32,478 nt of DNA from Gammaproteobacteria bacterium (GCA_041492115.1 JBGPWJ010000002.1:1-32478); one strand, 5' to 3'; shown: positions 1 to 8,838, counted from the first letter of the stretch. Made by a program: numbers and translations. The notes: generated from the letters alone by a model not told the origin.

Positions 1-623
1 CCATCGGTGTCGACTTTTCCCACTTGCTGCTCTGTCAGCCAGCTTGATCCCTTCATGATTCTGCCATCGACATCCACGCTACCTACTTTGGTTTCGTCAA
101 GCCAATTCGAGCCGGAGTAGATGTCACCTTTACCAACTGCAAGGTGCATCATGTCAGACTCCTCTGAATCCGATTCCTCTATTATTGGCATTGGCCTCGG
201 TGTAACTGTTTGCGCTATGCGTACGTTTTGTTCCCCAAATATTGCACTGAGCAACCACAGAATGCCTCCTAACATCAGGAGGCCGAGAACGAACATGGCA
301 ACCGCGAACGCAGCATAAGCCAGCACCACCAGGGCTGCTACGAAATAAAGATACAGAGCTGTTCGGGCCCCGCAGCGTGCATATTCATCCTGAATGCTGT
401 TACTCCACTCCGAAAGTTTGACCAAGGCGGCGAGTACCGGAAAAATGAAATATGTACTGATTGCCCCACGCTTGATCGCCGCTTTTTCCTTCTGAGCTAA
501 AACCCAATTGTCAAAACGAGCGCCGCAGGAAAGCACTACCGATGGCTTGAGCCTCCATACCACTCCCCCGACGAGCAGTGGGGACAGGAAAAGCAGTATG
601 CCTCCTAGGAATTCGGTATTCAT
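1..623 (-). CDS. Membrane protein, 3' end cut by the window edge (at least 207 aa). It has N-terminal TM helices, an acidic linker and C-terminal ~21-aa tandem repeats
   Basis: Absent from the ORF track because there is no stop inside the window. I walked the frame codon by codon: ATG is the reverse complement of 621-623, AAGGAG is the reverse complement of 632-637 (8 nt upstream), and there is no stop down to position 3. The translation starts MNTEFLGGILLFLSPLLVGGVVW and ends ...GDIYSGSNWLDETKVGSVDVDGRIMKGSSWLTEQQVGKVDTD. Confidence 0.65.
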   Translation of the reverse strand, partial: MNTEFLGGILLFLSPLLVGGVVWRLKPSVVLSCGARFDNWVLAQKEKAAIKRGAISTYFIFPVLAALVKLSEWSNSIQDEYARCGARTALYLYFVAALVVLAYAAFAVAMFVLGLLMLGGILWLLSAIFGEQNVRIAQTVTPRPMPIIEESDSEESDMMHLAVGKGDIYSGSNWLDETKVGSVDVDGRIMKGSSWLTEQQVGKVDTD

Positions 624-699
624 ATAGAGAGCTCCTTATGTTGGTGGCACACCTTATGAAGAACGGTGGGTCAACCGTGCACAGCATTTAATAGACGAG

Positions 700-1155
700 C
701 TAGCCGAGATGTCGGCTCACTTCTATCTGAGCTGCCTGTCGTTCCAGCTCATCCACCACGGCGCTATGTACACATATTTTATTCACTGGGTTCAGATATG
801 TTCCCAAAGATTTGGCGACTACGATAGCAGCAGGTAATCCGATTATCGTCAGAGACAGACAAACTACCTGTAAAACACCCAGTATCGCAAGGATGATTCC
901 AAATGGGAGGTACAGAAGCATTACGATAGTAGAGTATGTTTCCCATGACGGATTATTATCCATTTTGAGTTTTGATTTGCTCACCATGGCGTGACCAAAT
1001 GGAAAGAAAAGGAATTTACCAAACTCCATTAACCCCAAACCAACGGGGGACGCAACTACTGTTGCAGTGAGAAGAAGCCCAAAGGCATACACAATAATGG
1101 CGCTGATGAAACCGAGGAAAGGAATGTGCCAAAGAATATTGCCAAGTGTTTTCAT
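700..1155 (-). CDS. yccF: YccF-family (DUF307) inner membrane protein
   Basis: A 151-aa ORF with a strong RBS (AGGAGG upstream of the ATG). Hydrophobic pattern and motifs (NILW.IPF.G, IIGLP.AIV..K) match my recollection of E. coli YccF. Confidence 0.75.
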   Translation of the reverse strand: MKTLGNILWHIPFLGFISAIIVYAFGLLLTATVVASPVGLGLMEFGKFLFFPFGHAMVSKSKLKMDNNPSWETYSTIVMLLYLPFGIILAILGVLQVVCLSLTIIGLPAAIVVAKSLGTYLNPVNKICVHSAVVDELERQAAQIEVSRHLG

Positions 1156-1584
1156 AAGTACCTCCTGTTAAATGGTTTTATTACTGATCCGACTTGAATG
1201 CGGAATATGGGTAGCCATTTCTTTGAGAATATAAAACGAGTAATTATTTTAGACGCAAATATTACTAAATCTACACTAGACTGCCGCATACCAACACTCT
1301 TCCTTTTTTTCTTCATCCTTCTAGATCCAGTTTGAAAAATCGACATCGTAGCGGGCAAGAGCATTTGCACGCTCTCTGCTTTGCGAGAGCCCAAAGAGCG
1401 AAGCGAGAGTGATGATTTTCATGATAAGCCGAATAACAGTGTCGTCCATGAGAAACCATAATAACCATCCTTGAGAATCCCTGAGTCCTTGTGACGTATT
1501 ACGATTCTGGGGGCCATATTTTCCTCGTAATCTGATTTGGTCGAAGTTATTTGGACGATGCACAAATGGGCTCACGTCAATGAA

Positions 1585-2349
1585 TTAAAGTATGGGCTTG
1601 TTTTTCCTGGCCTCCTCGATTTTTTGTCTTTCCCTGGAATCCCTAACGTTGTATGGATGCTTGGGGTCACGTAGCGCTAATGCAAAATCAGTGATGGTGA
1701 CCGAGAGACCGCCGGCTATATCCCTGCTTTCGCCGGAAGCTCCCCATATCCCGGCGCTAATCTCTTTGCCACAATCCTTTGATAGATAAAATTGATTGAT
1801 AGAGCCGGCATCTACATCAACCCATTCGCCAGACTTGTTATTCGGTGCACTTCGGCAGGCTGTTAAATTGTCGGGACTTCCATCGGATTTCCACGCCCAA
1901 TCAAAATAATCAATGCTCATCCATCCACTGGTTATTGAAATCTGACCATACTTGACGATAAGTTCTTTACGAAGATCTTCTCGCAGCGGTCTTTTTCCCT
2001 TAGGAAAAGCAACTGTGCGGCCGACAAACCATACTTTTGGATCGGTTTCTGTAAATTCGAGGACGAACATTTCGGCGGGCTGATTAGCTTTGATGATCAG
2101 CGCATTCCAGTTATTGTCGCGGAGTTCTGAAATCTTTATCTGTGGATTGATCTTGATAAGCTGTGCTCGGGCATCTTGAGGCGACATGCCAATTCTGAGC
2201 CCGGCGATGTCATCTGTAGGTGACGATTGTGATGTACTAGGGCTATCATTTCTGTGTTCAGCAGATGACTGTGGCTTGTCTGTATTTCCGCATGCCACTA
2301 AAGAGATGCAATATACTAGTGTCAGTAACTGCGTGTTCATTTTATTCAT
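1585..2349 (-). CDS. Lipoprotein of unknown function
   Basis: A 254-aa ORF with a signal peptide and lipobox (LVYCISLVA|C) followed by a Ser/Pro-rich linker. I recognise no family. It lies in the AT-rich patch. Confidence 0.65.
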   Translation of the reverse strand: MNKMNTQLLTLVYCISLVACGNTDKPQSSAEHRNDSPSTSQSSPTDDIAGLRIGMSPQDARAQLIKINPQIKISELRDNNWNALIIKANQPAEMFVLEFTETDPKVWFVGRTVAFPKGKRPLREDLRKELIVKYGQISITSGWMSIDYFDWAWKSDGSPDNLTACRSAPNNKSGEWVDVDAGSINQFYLSKDCGKEISAGIWGASGESRDIAGGLSVTITDFALALRDPKHPYNVRDSRERQKIEEARKNKPIL

Positions 2350-2382
2350 TATGAGTTCTCCCTATCGGTAAGGTTCCACACA

Positions 2383-2477
2383 TTACACAGTAGTCAGTTG
2401 ATTAGGCTACACGTATCACTTGTTTTTTCCAGGCACCAAGAGTGTTTTTGTAGTCTGAATTACTGACTACTGTGTAA
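2383..2477. repeat. 16-bp perfect inverted repeat (2383-2398 and 2462-2477) with a 63-nt spacer
   Basis: TTACACAGTAGTCAGT at 2383-2398 is the exact reverse complement of 2462-2477. It sits in non-coding DNA at the transition from the AT-rich patch to the GC-rich core. Confidence 0.6.
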
Positions 2478-2705
2478 CTGTGTGTCAATCAATAGCGTGA
2501 GGACATTCTGATAATTGAGGCGCATTCCTTGCGGTATCGATCGACCTTGCAGGAGTGCTGGTCTGGTGGGTTCGAGGGAAACCGTACTGAGAGTGTGATC
2601 TCGGCCCAGATCACTTGCAATAGGAAATGACATTCATGCAAACATATAAGAACTGCCTAATGAAGATGGACAGAGTATTGGTGCTGCGCGATGACGAGAA
2701 CGTAA

Positions 2706-2729
2706 GCTGCGACTGACCGATTTGGGTCG
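2706..2729 (-). repeat. Degenerate inverted copy (copy C) of the short dispersed repeat also seen at 23423, 26262 and 27682
   Basis: The reverse complement CGACCCAAATCGGTCAGTCGCAGC matches CGACCCGAAGCGGCCAGTCGCGAC (26261-26284) at 19 of 24 positions by hand alignment. Confidence 0.45.
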
Positions 2730-2754
2730 AAGTTTGCCGGTCGGACACTGCCTG

Positions 2755-3678
2755 TCAGATCAACTTTGGGCTACTAGAAATAATGATATCGGCGAACAGC
2801 GCCGGCTCCGACAGCCGTTCCAGAAACCAGCCCAGCGCTTTGCCGATGTCCTGGTTGCGCCACGCCAGTTGTAGGACTGCCATTGGCGGCGGGTTCTCGG
2901 TGCGCTTGGCGATCAAGCGTCCCTGCGCGAGATCCTCCGCCACCAGGTAGCGCGGCACATAACCGACGCCAAGACCGTGACGATGCGCCGCGCACTTGGC
3001 GCTCATGGTCGGGACGGTGAGCACATCCTGACCGGAGAGAATGGCGGAAGTGATCGGCGGCAGCGTGCGCGAGCTGTCCGCGGCGGCCACCACGCGGTGG
3101 CGCTGGATTTCCTGTTCGCGCAGCGGCTCGGGTTCGGCCGCAAACGGATGATCGGGCGCGACCACGAAAACGAACTCCATCGATCCCAGCGGGCGGCTGG
3201 TATAGCCGCCGCCGGCCGGGCCTTCGCCGGTCGCGCCGATAACCAGATCGGCGCGGCCGGACATCAGCGCATCCCAGGTACCGCTCAGCAGTTCGGTGCC
3301 GAGATGTAGTGCGGTACCGCAATCCTCCCGGTAAAAGTCCGTACAGAGCGGATACACGCGTACCAGCGGAATGAGATCTCCCACCGCGATCTTGAGTTCA
3401 CTCTCCCAGCCCTCGGCGACGCGCCGTACGGCTGATTCCAGCTGCCCGGCGGCCTGCAACAAGTGTCGTCCGTCACGCAGCAGCTTCTCACCGGCCGGCG
3501 TCAGCTTGGCGCGGTGGCCGCTGCGATCGAACAGCGCCACGTCCAGATCCTGTTCCAGTTTCTGCAAGGTGTAGGTGACGGCGGAAGGCACCCGGTGCAG
3601 TTCCTCGGCGGCCGCGGCGAAGCTGCCGCGCCGGTCGATGGCATCGAGAACCGCCAGTGCGTCAAGCGTCAAGCGCAT
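2755..3678 (-). CDS. LysR-family transcriptional regulator
   Basis: A 307-aa ORF with an N-terminal HTH (LDALAVLDAIDRRGSFAAAAEELHRVPSAVTYTLQKLEQDL) and a LysR substrate-binding-type C-terminal part. Confidence 0.9.
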   Translation of the reverse strand: MRLTLDALAVLDAIDRRGSFAAAAEELHRVPSAVTYTLQKLEQDLDVALFDRSGHRAKLTPAGEKLLRDGRHLLQAAGQLESAVRRVAEGWESELKIAVGDLIPLVRVYPLCTDFYREDCGTALHLGTELLSGTWDALMSGRADLVIGATGEGPAGGGYTSRPLGSMEFVFVVAPDHPFAAEPEPLREQEIQRHRVVAAADSSRTLPPITSAILSGQDVLTVPTMSAKCAAHRHGLGVGYVPRYLVAEDLAQGRLIAKRTENPPPMAVLQLAWRNQDIGKALGWFLERLSEPALFADIIISSSPKLI

Positions 3679-4074
3679 CGGTGCTGCTCCTGAAAAAATG
3701 CCTGTGTTTAGGGGTTAATGTTCGTCTGCTGCCAGACTATAACACCGCCTGCGTGCGGCATCCGGTGGGTATCACAGCCGAGCGGAATACCCTCGGTTGG
3801 GCACGCTTGGCAGCAATATTGCTTGGTTAAATCCGTCTCCAGGAAGGAGCCGTTGAGCACTTCTTAAGGGGTTAAGTTAAGGCAACAGTTTATGTGACGT
3901 GCGCAACAGACTGACGGATATGGGTGAGGGTATTCTCGTAGCGTTATTTCCCTGCTAGACTGCTCTCAGGTTCAGAGGAGGAATCGGGTCCCGGATAACG
4001 GCGGTACTCATCGAGCGGGGAATTGGTGAGGTTCGGACACTATAACGATAGGCTGACCTGATGAGAGGTGAATT

Positions 4075-5043
4075 ATGCGTATAACCTGGACTGTCCTTTG
4101 TGCGACTGGCATCGCCCTGGCGCTGTGCATCAACCCGGCCTATTCCGCCACACAGGCTTCGCATCATCACCGTCACCATCATAAATACAGCGCCGGCCAT
4201 CATCGCGCCAGCATCTCATTGGGTGTCACCCCCGACGGCAAACCGCAGCTGATCTCCGCCTCGGCGCTGGTCATCGATCAGCAGGCCGGCAATACCGTCT
4301 ACCAAAAAAATTCCGACACGCCGAGACCGATCGCCTCGATCACCAAGCTGATGACCGCGATGGTGGTGTTGGATGCCAATCAATCAATGAACGATATGTT
4401 GACCATCAGCGATGCCGATATCGATCGCCTGCGCAACAGTTCCTCGCGGCTGACGCCGGGTACGACCTTGTCGCGGCGTGAACTGCTGCAGTTGTCGCTG
4501 ATGTCATCCGAGAATCGCGCCACCTCGGCCTTATCGCGTTACTATCCCGGCGGCAAGCCGGCCTGTGTCGTCGCCATGAACAAGAAGGCGAGTCTGCTGG
4601 GCATGAAACGTAGCGGCTTTGCCGATCCCACCGGCCTGGACGGGAATAACATGGCCACCGCCGAGGATCTCGCCCGGATGGTCAAGGCGGCGGACAACTA
4701 TGCGCTGATCAAGCAGATCACCACCACCTCATCATATCTGCTCGACGCGGCGCACCGCGCGCCGATGGAATTCCGCAACACCAACGCGTTGGTGAAGAAC
4801 CAGGACAGCAATGACTGGCGCATCGGCCTCAGCAAGACCGGTTATATCAACGAAGCCGGGCACTGCCTAGTGATGATGGCGCAGATCGTCAACCGACCGA
4901 TGATCATCGTGCTGCTCAATGCGCAGGGCAAACACTCCGGCGTCGGCGACGCCAACCGCATCAAGAAATGGCTGGAAACCATCAGCTACGGGCGTAACAG
5001 CAATCCCCGCACCGTCGCATTGGTTGCCGCCAACGCGAGTTAA
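4075..5043 (+). CDS. pbpG: D-alanyl-D-alanine endopeptidase, PBP7-like (peptidase S11)
   Basis: Has a signal peptide and the SxxK (ASITK), SxN (SENR) and KTG (KTGY) motifs. Long stretches resemble E. coli PbpG from memory (RPIASITKLMTAMVVLDA, LMSSENRA, GHCLVM). Confidence 0.85.
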   Translation: MRITWTVLCATGIALALCINPAYSATQASHHHRHHHKYSAGHHRASISLGVTPDGKPQLISASALVIDQQAGNTVYQKNSDTPRPIASITKLMTAMVVLDANQSMNDMLTISDADIDRLRNSSSRLTPGTTLSRRELLQLSLMSSENRATSALSRYYPGGKPACVVAMNKKASLLGMKRSGFADPTGLDGNNMATAEDLARMVKAADNYALIKQITTTSSYLLDAAHRAPMEFRNTNALVKNQDSNDWRIGLSKTGYINEAGHCLVMMAQIVNRPMIIVLLNAQGKHSGVGDANRIKKWLETISYGRNSNPRTVALVAANAS

Positions 5044-5567
5044 TTGCCGCTTGTGCCGGGCGTGCGTCTGAAGGCATAGCTCGCCGCGAGTTCCTCCGCA
5101 GTGGCGGAGCGTATCGCCACCACTTCCAGAATGAACTTCACTGTCCGTCCCGCCAGGGCGTGATTGCCATCCACGGTGATCATGCCGCCCTCGACCTTGA
5201 GCACACGAAACATCACCACCTTGCCGTCCTCGGCCTGAGCTTCCACCTGCGCGCCAACTTGTTGCGCCTGCCCGGGCAGTTCCGTCGCTGGGCGCGTCAT
5301 GAGCAAGCGCGGGTCGTGCGCACCGTAGCCTTCCTCCGGACTCAGCGTAACTTCGACGTGACTGTCCACCGTCAGGCCCTCCAGTGCCTGTTCGACCTTG
5401 GCGGGCGCACCGCCGTAACCGCCGTGCAGATAGGTCAGATCGGTGCGGTATTCGATCAGCGCACCGGTCGTGGCATCGAGCACCGCCGATTTAAGCGTGA
5501 CGACCTTGTCCTTGGCGATGCGCGTGTACTGGGGTTTGCGGACGAAATGCAGGGGCTGTTCTGTCAT
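5040..5567 (-). CDS. FKBP-type peptidyl-prolyl cis-trans isomerase (SlyD/FkpB-like, without a His-rich tail)
   Basis: A 175-aa ORF. The motifs YLHG, LEGL, PEEGYG, VDGNHALAG and VAIRSATAEE match the SlyD-type FKBP plus IF-insert pattern. Confidence 0.8.
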   Translation of the reverse strand: MTEQPLHFVRKPQYTRIAKDKVVTLKSAVLDATTGALIEYRTDLTYLHGGYGGAPAKVEQALEGLTVDSHVEVTLSPEEGYGAHDPRLLMTRPATELPGQAQQVGAQVEAQAEDGKVVMFRVLKVEGGMITVDGNHALAGRTVKFILEVVAIRSATAEELAASYAFRRTPGTSGN

Positions 5568-5640
5568 GGTTGTTACGCATGTTGAGTGTCAGGCTCTGGA
5601 GAACCGCAGCGGGTGCTCCCTAGCATAGTGGTTTTATGTC

Positions 5641-6378
5641 ATGCTTCACAACATCAAGCCACTGCGCGGAACCCGAACCATGACGCTGAAATTCAGTGAT
5701 GCCCCCGGCGCTTTCGAGCGGCAGTTGCAGCGCCAGCACGACAACCCGTTGTTCCCCGTGACGACGCGCGCCGTCACGCAAGATCAAATTCAAGCCGCGC
5801 GGCGCCGTGACCAGGAAGAGCAACGCGACTTTCAGGCGGCGCTGCGCGCCACGCTGCGCGAAGCATTGGACATGCCGCCGCAGGTGGAGAGCGACGTGCT
5901 GCTCAAGCTTAAAGAGCGCCTGGATCAGCTCTACGATCAGTGCGCCGGCCTGCCCGGTGATCACGACCGTGAGAAGCAGAGCCTGACGCGCATGATCGGT
6001 GTCATCATGAAAGCGGTCTGGGCCGGGGCCGGCGATGACTCGCGCGCCCATTCCGAACTGGAGCAGGAAGAACACGCGCGCACCCTGCATCACGAGTTGT
6101 TGCAGCAACCCCTGGTCGCCACTCTGCTGCGACCCGATTCACCGATCGCCGAAGACGCACTCATTCCCACGCTGCTCAGCGAGACCGAGGACGCCGTGCG
6201 CACGGTGCTACAGCTGTTCGATGCGACGCAGTTGCAGACCTTGTATCAGCAGGGGCGCGACCTGCTGGATCAACTCGGGTCCGCCGGCCAGAATTTACCC
6301 GATGCCCGGCGGCGACTGGACCTGATGGAAGAGTCCGCGCGTCGTGCCGGCCTGATCGATCCAAGCGTTGCTCCTTAG
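5641..6378 (+). CDS. Hypothetical protein (acidic, helical)
   Basis: A 245-aa ORF with GC-typical codon usage and no recognised motif. An alternative ATG lies at 5680 (MTLKFSD). Confidence 0.55.
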   Translation: MLHNIKPLRGTRTMTLKFSDAPGAFERQLQRQHDNPLFPVTTRAVTQDQIQAARRRDQEEQRDFQAALRATLREALDMPPQVESDVLLKLKERLDQLYDQCAGLPGDHDREKQSLTRMIGVIMKAVWAGAGDDSRAHSELEQEEHARTLHHELLQQPLVATLLRPDSPIAEDALIPTLLSETEDAVRTVLQLFDATQLQTLYQQGRDLLDQLGSAGQNLPDARRRLDLMEESARRAGLIDPSVAP

Positions 6379-6379
6379 T

Positions 6380-6456
6380 GCGACTAACAGAATTAATTTC
6401 GCGCCGCCCTGTCACTCCCTCTCCCTTCGGGAGAGGGGACTTATTCTGTTAGTCGC
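6380..6456. repeat. REP-like element, copy 1: a GC hairpin nested inside a 14-bp outer inverted repeat
   Basis: The outer arms GCGACTAACAGAAT (6380-6393) and ATTCTGTTAGTCGC (6443-6456) are perfect complements. The inner hairpin CCCTCTCCC/GGGAGAGGG lies within 6414-6442. The element sits between convergent genes, directly after the stop at 6376-6378. Confidence 0.75.
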
Positions 6457-6494
6457 TCTTAGACTTCCTGCCCGTCCTGTTCCGACACTGCGCT

Positions 6495-7961
6495 TCACGA
6501 CGAACAACTCACTGCAATCGCGCCCGCCCAATCCGGCGGTGCGGCGGCGTAGCTGTGGTTCTCCGGTTGCTCATCGTACGGATGTTGCAGTACCGCCAGC
6601 AGCCGGTCGATCTCGCTGTAATCGCGCGCCTGGGCGCGGCGGATGGCGGTCTCGGCCAGGTAATTGCGCAGCACGTATTTCGGATTGACACGGTTCATGC
6701 GCGCGCGGCGCTCATTATCATCGCTGTGCTCGGCGGCCAGTCGCGCGCGATAGTCCGCGGCCCAACTGTCGAAGGCCGCGCGCTCCAGGAACTGATCGCG
6801 CAGCACTGCATTGCGCGCGCCCGGACTGGAATCGAAATCGCCCAGGGCGCGGAACAGCAAGGTGTAATCGACGTGGTTGGCGTGCATCGCGTGCAGCAGC
6901 GTGTGAGCCAGTGCCTCATCGGCGGGATGCGCAGCGCGCAGTCCCAGTTTGGCGCGCAGTTCCGCCAGATAGTGCGCGGCGAATATTGATTCATACTCCG
7001 CCAGCAGTTCAGTGCAGCGCGCGGCCGGTATCAGCGGTGTCAATGCCTGCGCCAGCCGGCCGAGATTCCACAGCCCGACGCCCGGTTGCTGATCGAAGGC
7101 ATAACGGCCATGGTGATCGGAGTGGTTGCAGACGAAGCCCGGATCATAGCTGTCGAGAAAGCCGAACGGACCGTAATCCAAGGTCAGTCCCAGGATCGAC
7201 ATATTGTCGGTATTCATCACGCCATGCGCGAAGCCCACCGCCTGCCACTGCGCCATCAGCCGTGCCGTGCGCTGGATGACAGCGTCGAGCAGCAGCGCGT
7301 AGCGGTCCTCGGCCTCAACCAGTTCCGGGTAGTGTGCGCTGATGACGAAATCCGCGAGTCGCTTGATCTCGTCGAACTGGCGCCGGTGATAAAACACCTC
7401 AAAGCTACCGAAGCGCACATGTGAGGGCGCCATGCGCAGCAGCACGGCGCCGGTTTCAATGGTTTCGCGATACACCTCCTCATCGCTGCCGACGATACAC
7501 AGCGCACGCGTGGTCGGAATGCCCAGGCCGTGCATGGCTTCGCTGCACAGGTATTCGCGGATCGTCGAACGCAGCACGGCGCGGCCATCGCCGGCGCGCG
7601 AGTAGGGCGTCGTCCCCGCGCCTTTGAGTTGCAGTTCCCAGCGTTCGCCCGCGCTGTTGCGCACCGCGCCGAGCAGAATGGCGCGGCCGTCGCCGAGCTG
7701 CGGAACGAAGTGGCCGAACTGATGGCCCGCGTAGAGCATGGACAGCGGCTCGCTGCCGCTCAGCAGGCGATTGCCGGCCAGATACTCCGCGAAGTCAACG
7801 CGCTGTGCTTCGGTCGGATCGAGATCGATGAGCTGCGCCGCCGCGGCATTGAAGCTGACGAGATACGGTGCGGGCAGCGCTGTCGGCGCGACGCGCGAAT
7901 AGAACGCCTCCGGCAGACGCGCAAAGTGGTTGTCGAAGGTGAGGGATTCGAGTGTCTGCAT
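6495..7961 (-). CDS. selO: Protein adenylyltransferase SelO (YdiU/UPF0061)
   Basis: A 488-aa ORF. The N-terminus (LTFDNHFARLPEAFY) and the length are typical of SelO, as are YAGHQFG, LGDGRA and MNTDNMSILG. Confidence 0.9.
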   Translation of the reverse strand: MQTLESLTFDNHFARLPEAFYSRVAPTALPAPYLVSFNAAAAQLIDLDPTEAQRVDFAEYLAGNRLLSGSEPLSMLYAGHQFGHFVPQLGDGRAILLGAVRNSAGERWELQLKGAGTTPYSRAGDGRAVLRSTIREYLCSEAMHGLGIPTTRALCIVGSDEEVYRETIETGAVLLRMAPSHVRFGSFEVFYHRRQFDEIKRLADFVISAHYPELVEAEDRYALLLDAVIQRTARLMAQWQAVGFAHGVMNTDNMSILGLTLDYGPFGFLDSYDPGFVCNHSDHHGRYAFDQQPGVGLWNLGRLAQALTPLIPAARCTELLAEYESIFAAHYLAELRAKLGLRAAHPADEALAHTLLHAMHANHVDYTLLFRALGDFDSSPGARNAVLRDQFLERAAFDSWAADYRARLAAEHSDDNERRARMNRVNPKYVLRNYLAETAIRRAQARDYSEIDRLLAVLQHPYDEQPENHSYAAAPPDWAGAIAVSCSS

Positions 7962-8186
7962 TACGGATTGTTAACCTGGGTGTTGCATGGATGGGACGCA
8001 AAGAACACTGAATCACTGCCGCTCCTTGAACATTTCAAGCACCTGCGCGGCAATATTCATGTGAAACCCTCTCGGCACTCGGCACCAGTTCTCTTCACAG
8101 CCAAAGTCCGTATATAATCACGTCAGCAAAATAACACGCCATGCTTTATAGCCGTTCACAGCGCGCGGCACAACACGAGAGTTGGT

Positions 8187-8789
8187 ATGGATAATCTCAA
8201 TAGCCTGCTGGCACGCCCTGATACCGTCTTGTGGGGTGCCGTGCTGACCTCACTGCTGCTGGTCGCGGTGCTGATTATGCTGGCGTGGCGCCGGCACACC
8301 AAACGCCATCAGGTGTCGCGCTTGCTGCGCAGCCTTGGCGGCATTTATGTGCACGATCTGATTATCCCGGACGGCGTGGGCGGCACCATCCAGACCGATT
8401 TCCTGGTGCTGTTGCGCGGCGGGGTGCTGGTGCTGGACGTGAAGAATTACCGCGGCGCGCTGTTCGGCGCCGAGAATGCGCCGCTCTGGTCGCAGATGGT
8501 GAGGGCACGCAGTTTCAAGTTCACCAACCCGCTGCCGGAAAATACCCTGCGTGTGCAGTCGCTGAAGTTGCTCCTGCCCAACGTGCCGGTGATCGGGCGC
8601 GTGGTGTTCACGCGCGAGGGCCGTTTCCCGCGTGACATGCCGGTGGGCGTGTCCATGCTCGATACCCTGGCCGAGGATCTCGGCGCATTCGCCGGCCCCG
8701 CATCGTTGCAGTACCTGGAGGCCTGGAAACGGCTCAAGGCGGGTGAGCACATTTCCTCGGTGGACGGAGCGGTGGCGGAGTCGGGTTAA
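8187..8789 (+). CDS. NERD-domain protein with an N-terminal TM anchor
   Basis: A 200-aa ORF with a TM helix (VLWGAVLTSLLLVAVLIMLAW). The NERD-like core reads DFLVLLRGGVLVLDVKNYRG...W......F.NPL. Confidence 0.7.
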   Translation: MDNLNSLLARPDTVLWGAVLTSLLLVAVLIMLAWRRHTKRHQVSRLLRSLGGIYVHDLIIPDGVGGTIQTDFLVLLRGGVLVLDVKNYRGALFGAENAPLWSQMVRARSFKFTNPLPENTLRVQSLKLLLPNVPVIGRVVFTREGRFPRDMPVGVSMLDTLAEDLGAFAGPASLQYLEAWKRLKAGEHISSVDGAVAESG

Positions 8790-8838
8790 GCGCAGCGACG
8801 TGCGTAGGGAGCTCTGAATAAGCACTCATTGAAAAAGG

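Noticed and set aside
121-318. A 65-aa plus-strand ORF at the start of the window.
   Set aside because: It lies entirely inside the much longer minus-strand frame (1-623). That frame has a strong RBS and TM helices, and I verified it has no stop.
1152-1575. Small ORFs in the AT-rich gap between yccF and the lipoprotein gene: 1152-1394 (-), 1321-1575 (- with a GTG start), and a 45-codon plus-strand ORF at 1198-1335 with a hydrophobic tail.
   Set aside because: None has a Shine-Dalgarno sequence or a recognisable motif, and they overlap one another. I considered a toxin-antitoxin or type I toxin reading but have no support for it.
2565-2578. GGTGGGTTCGAGGG, which looks superficially like a tRNA T-arm fragment such as might mark an island attachment site.
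   Set aside because: The flanks do not complete a T-stem or an acceptor stem, and the loop is not the canonical TTCGAAT/TTCGAGT context. There is no tRNA gene in the window.
3712-3876. Direct repeat AGGGGTTAA (about 3712 and about 3868) in the LysR/pbpG divergent region, considered as LysR binding sites.
   Set aside because: It does not fit the T-N11-A LysR box. It is only 9 bp with 150-bp spacing, so it is probably chance.
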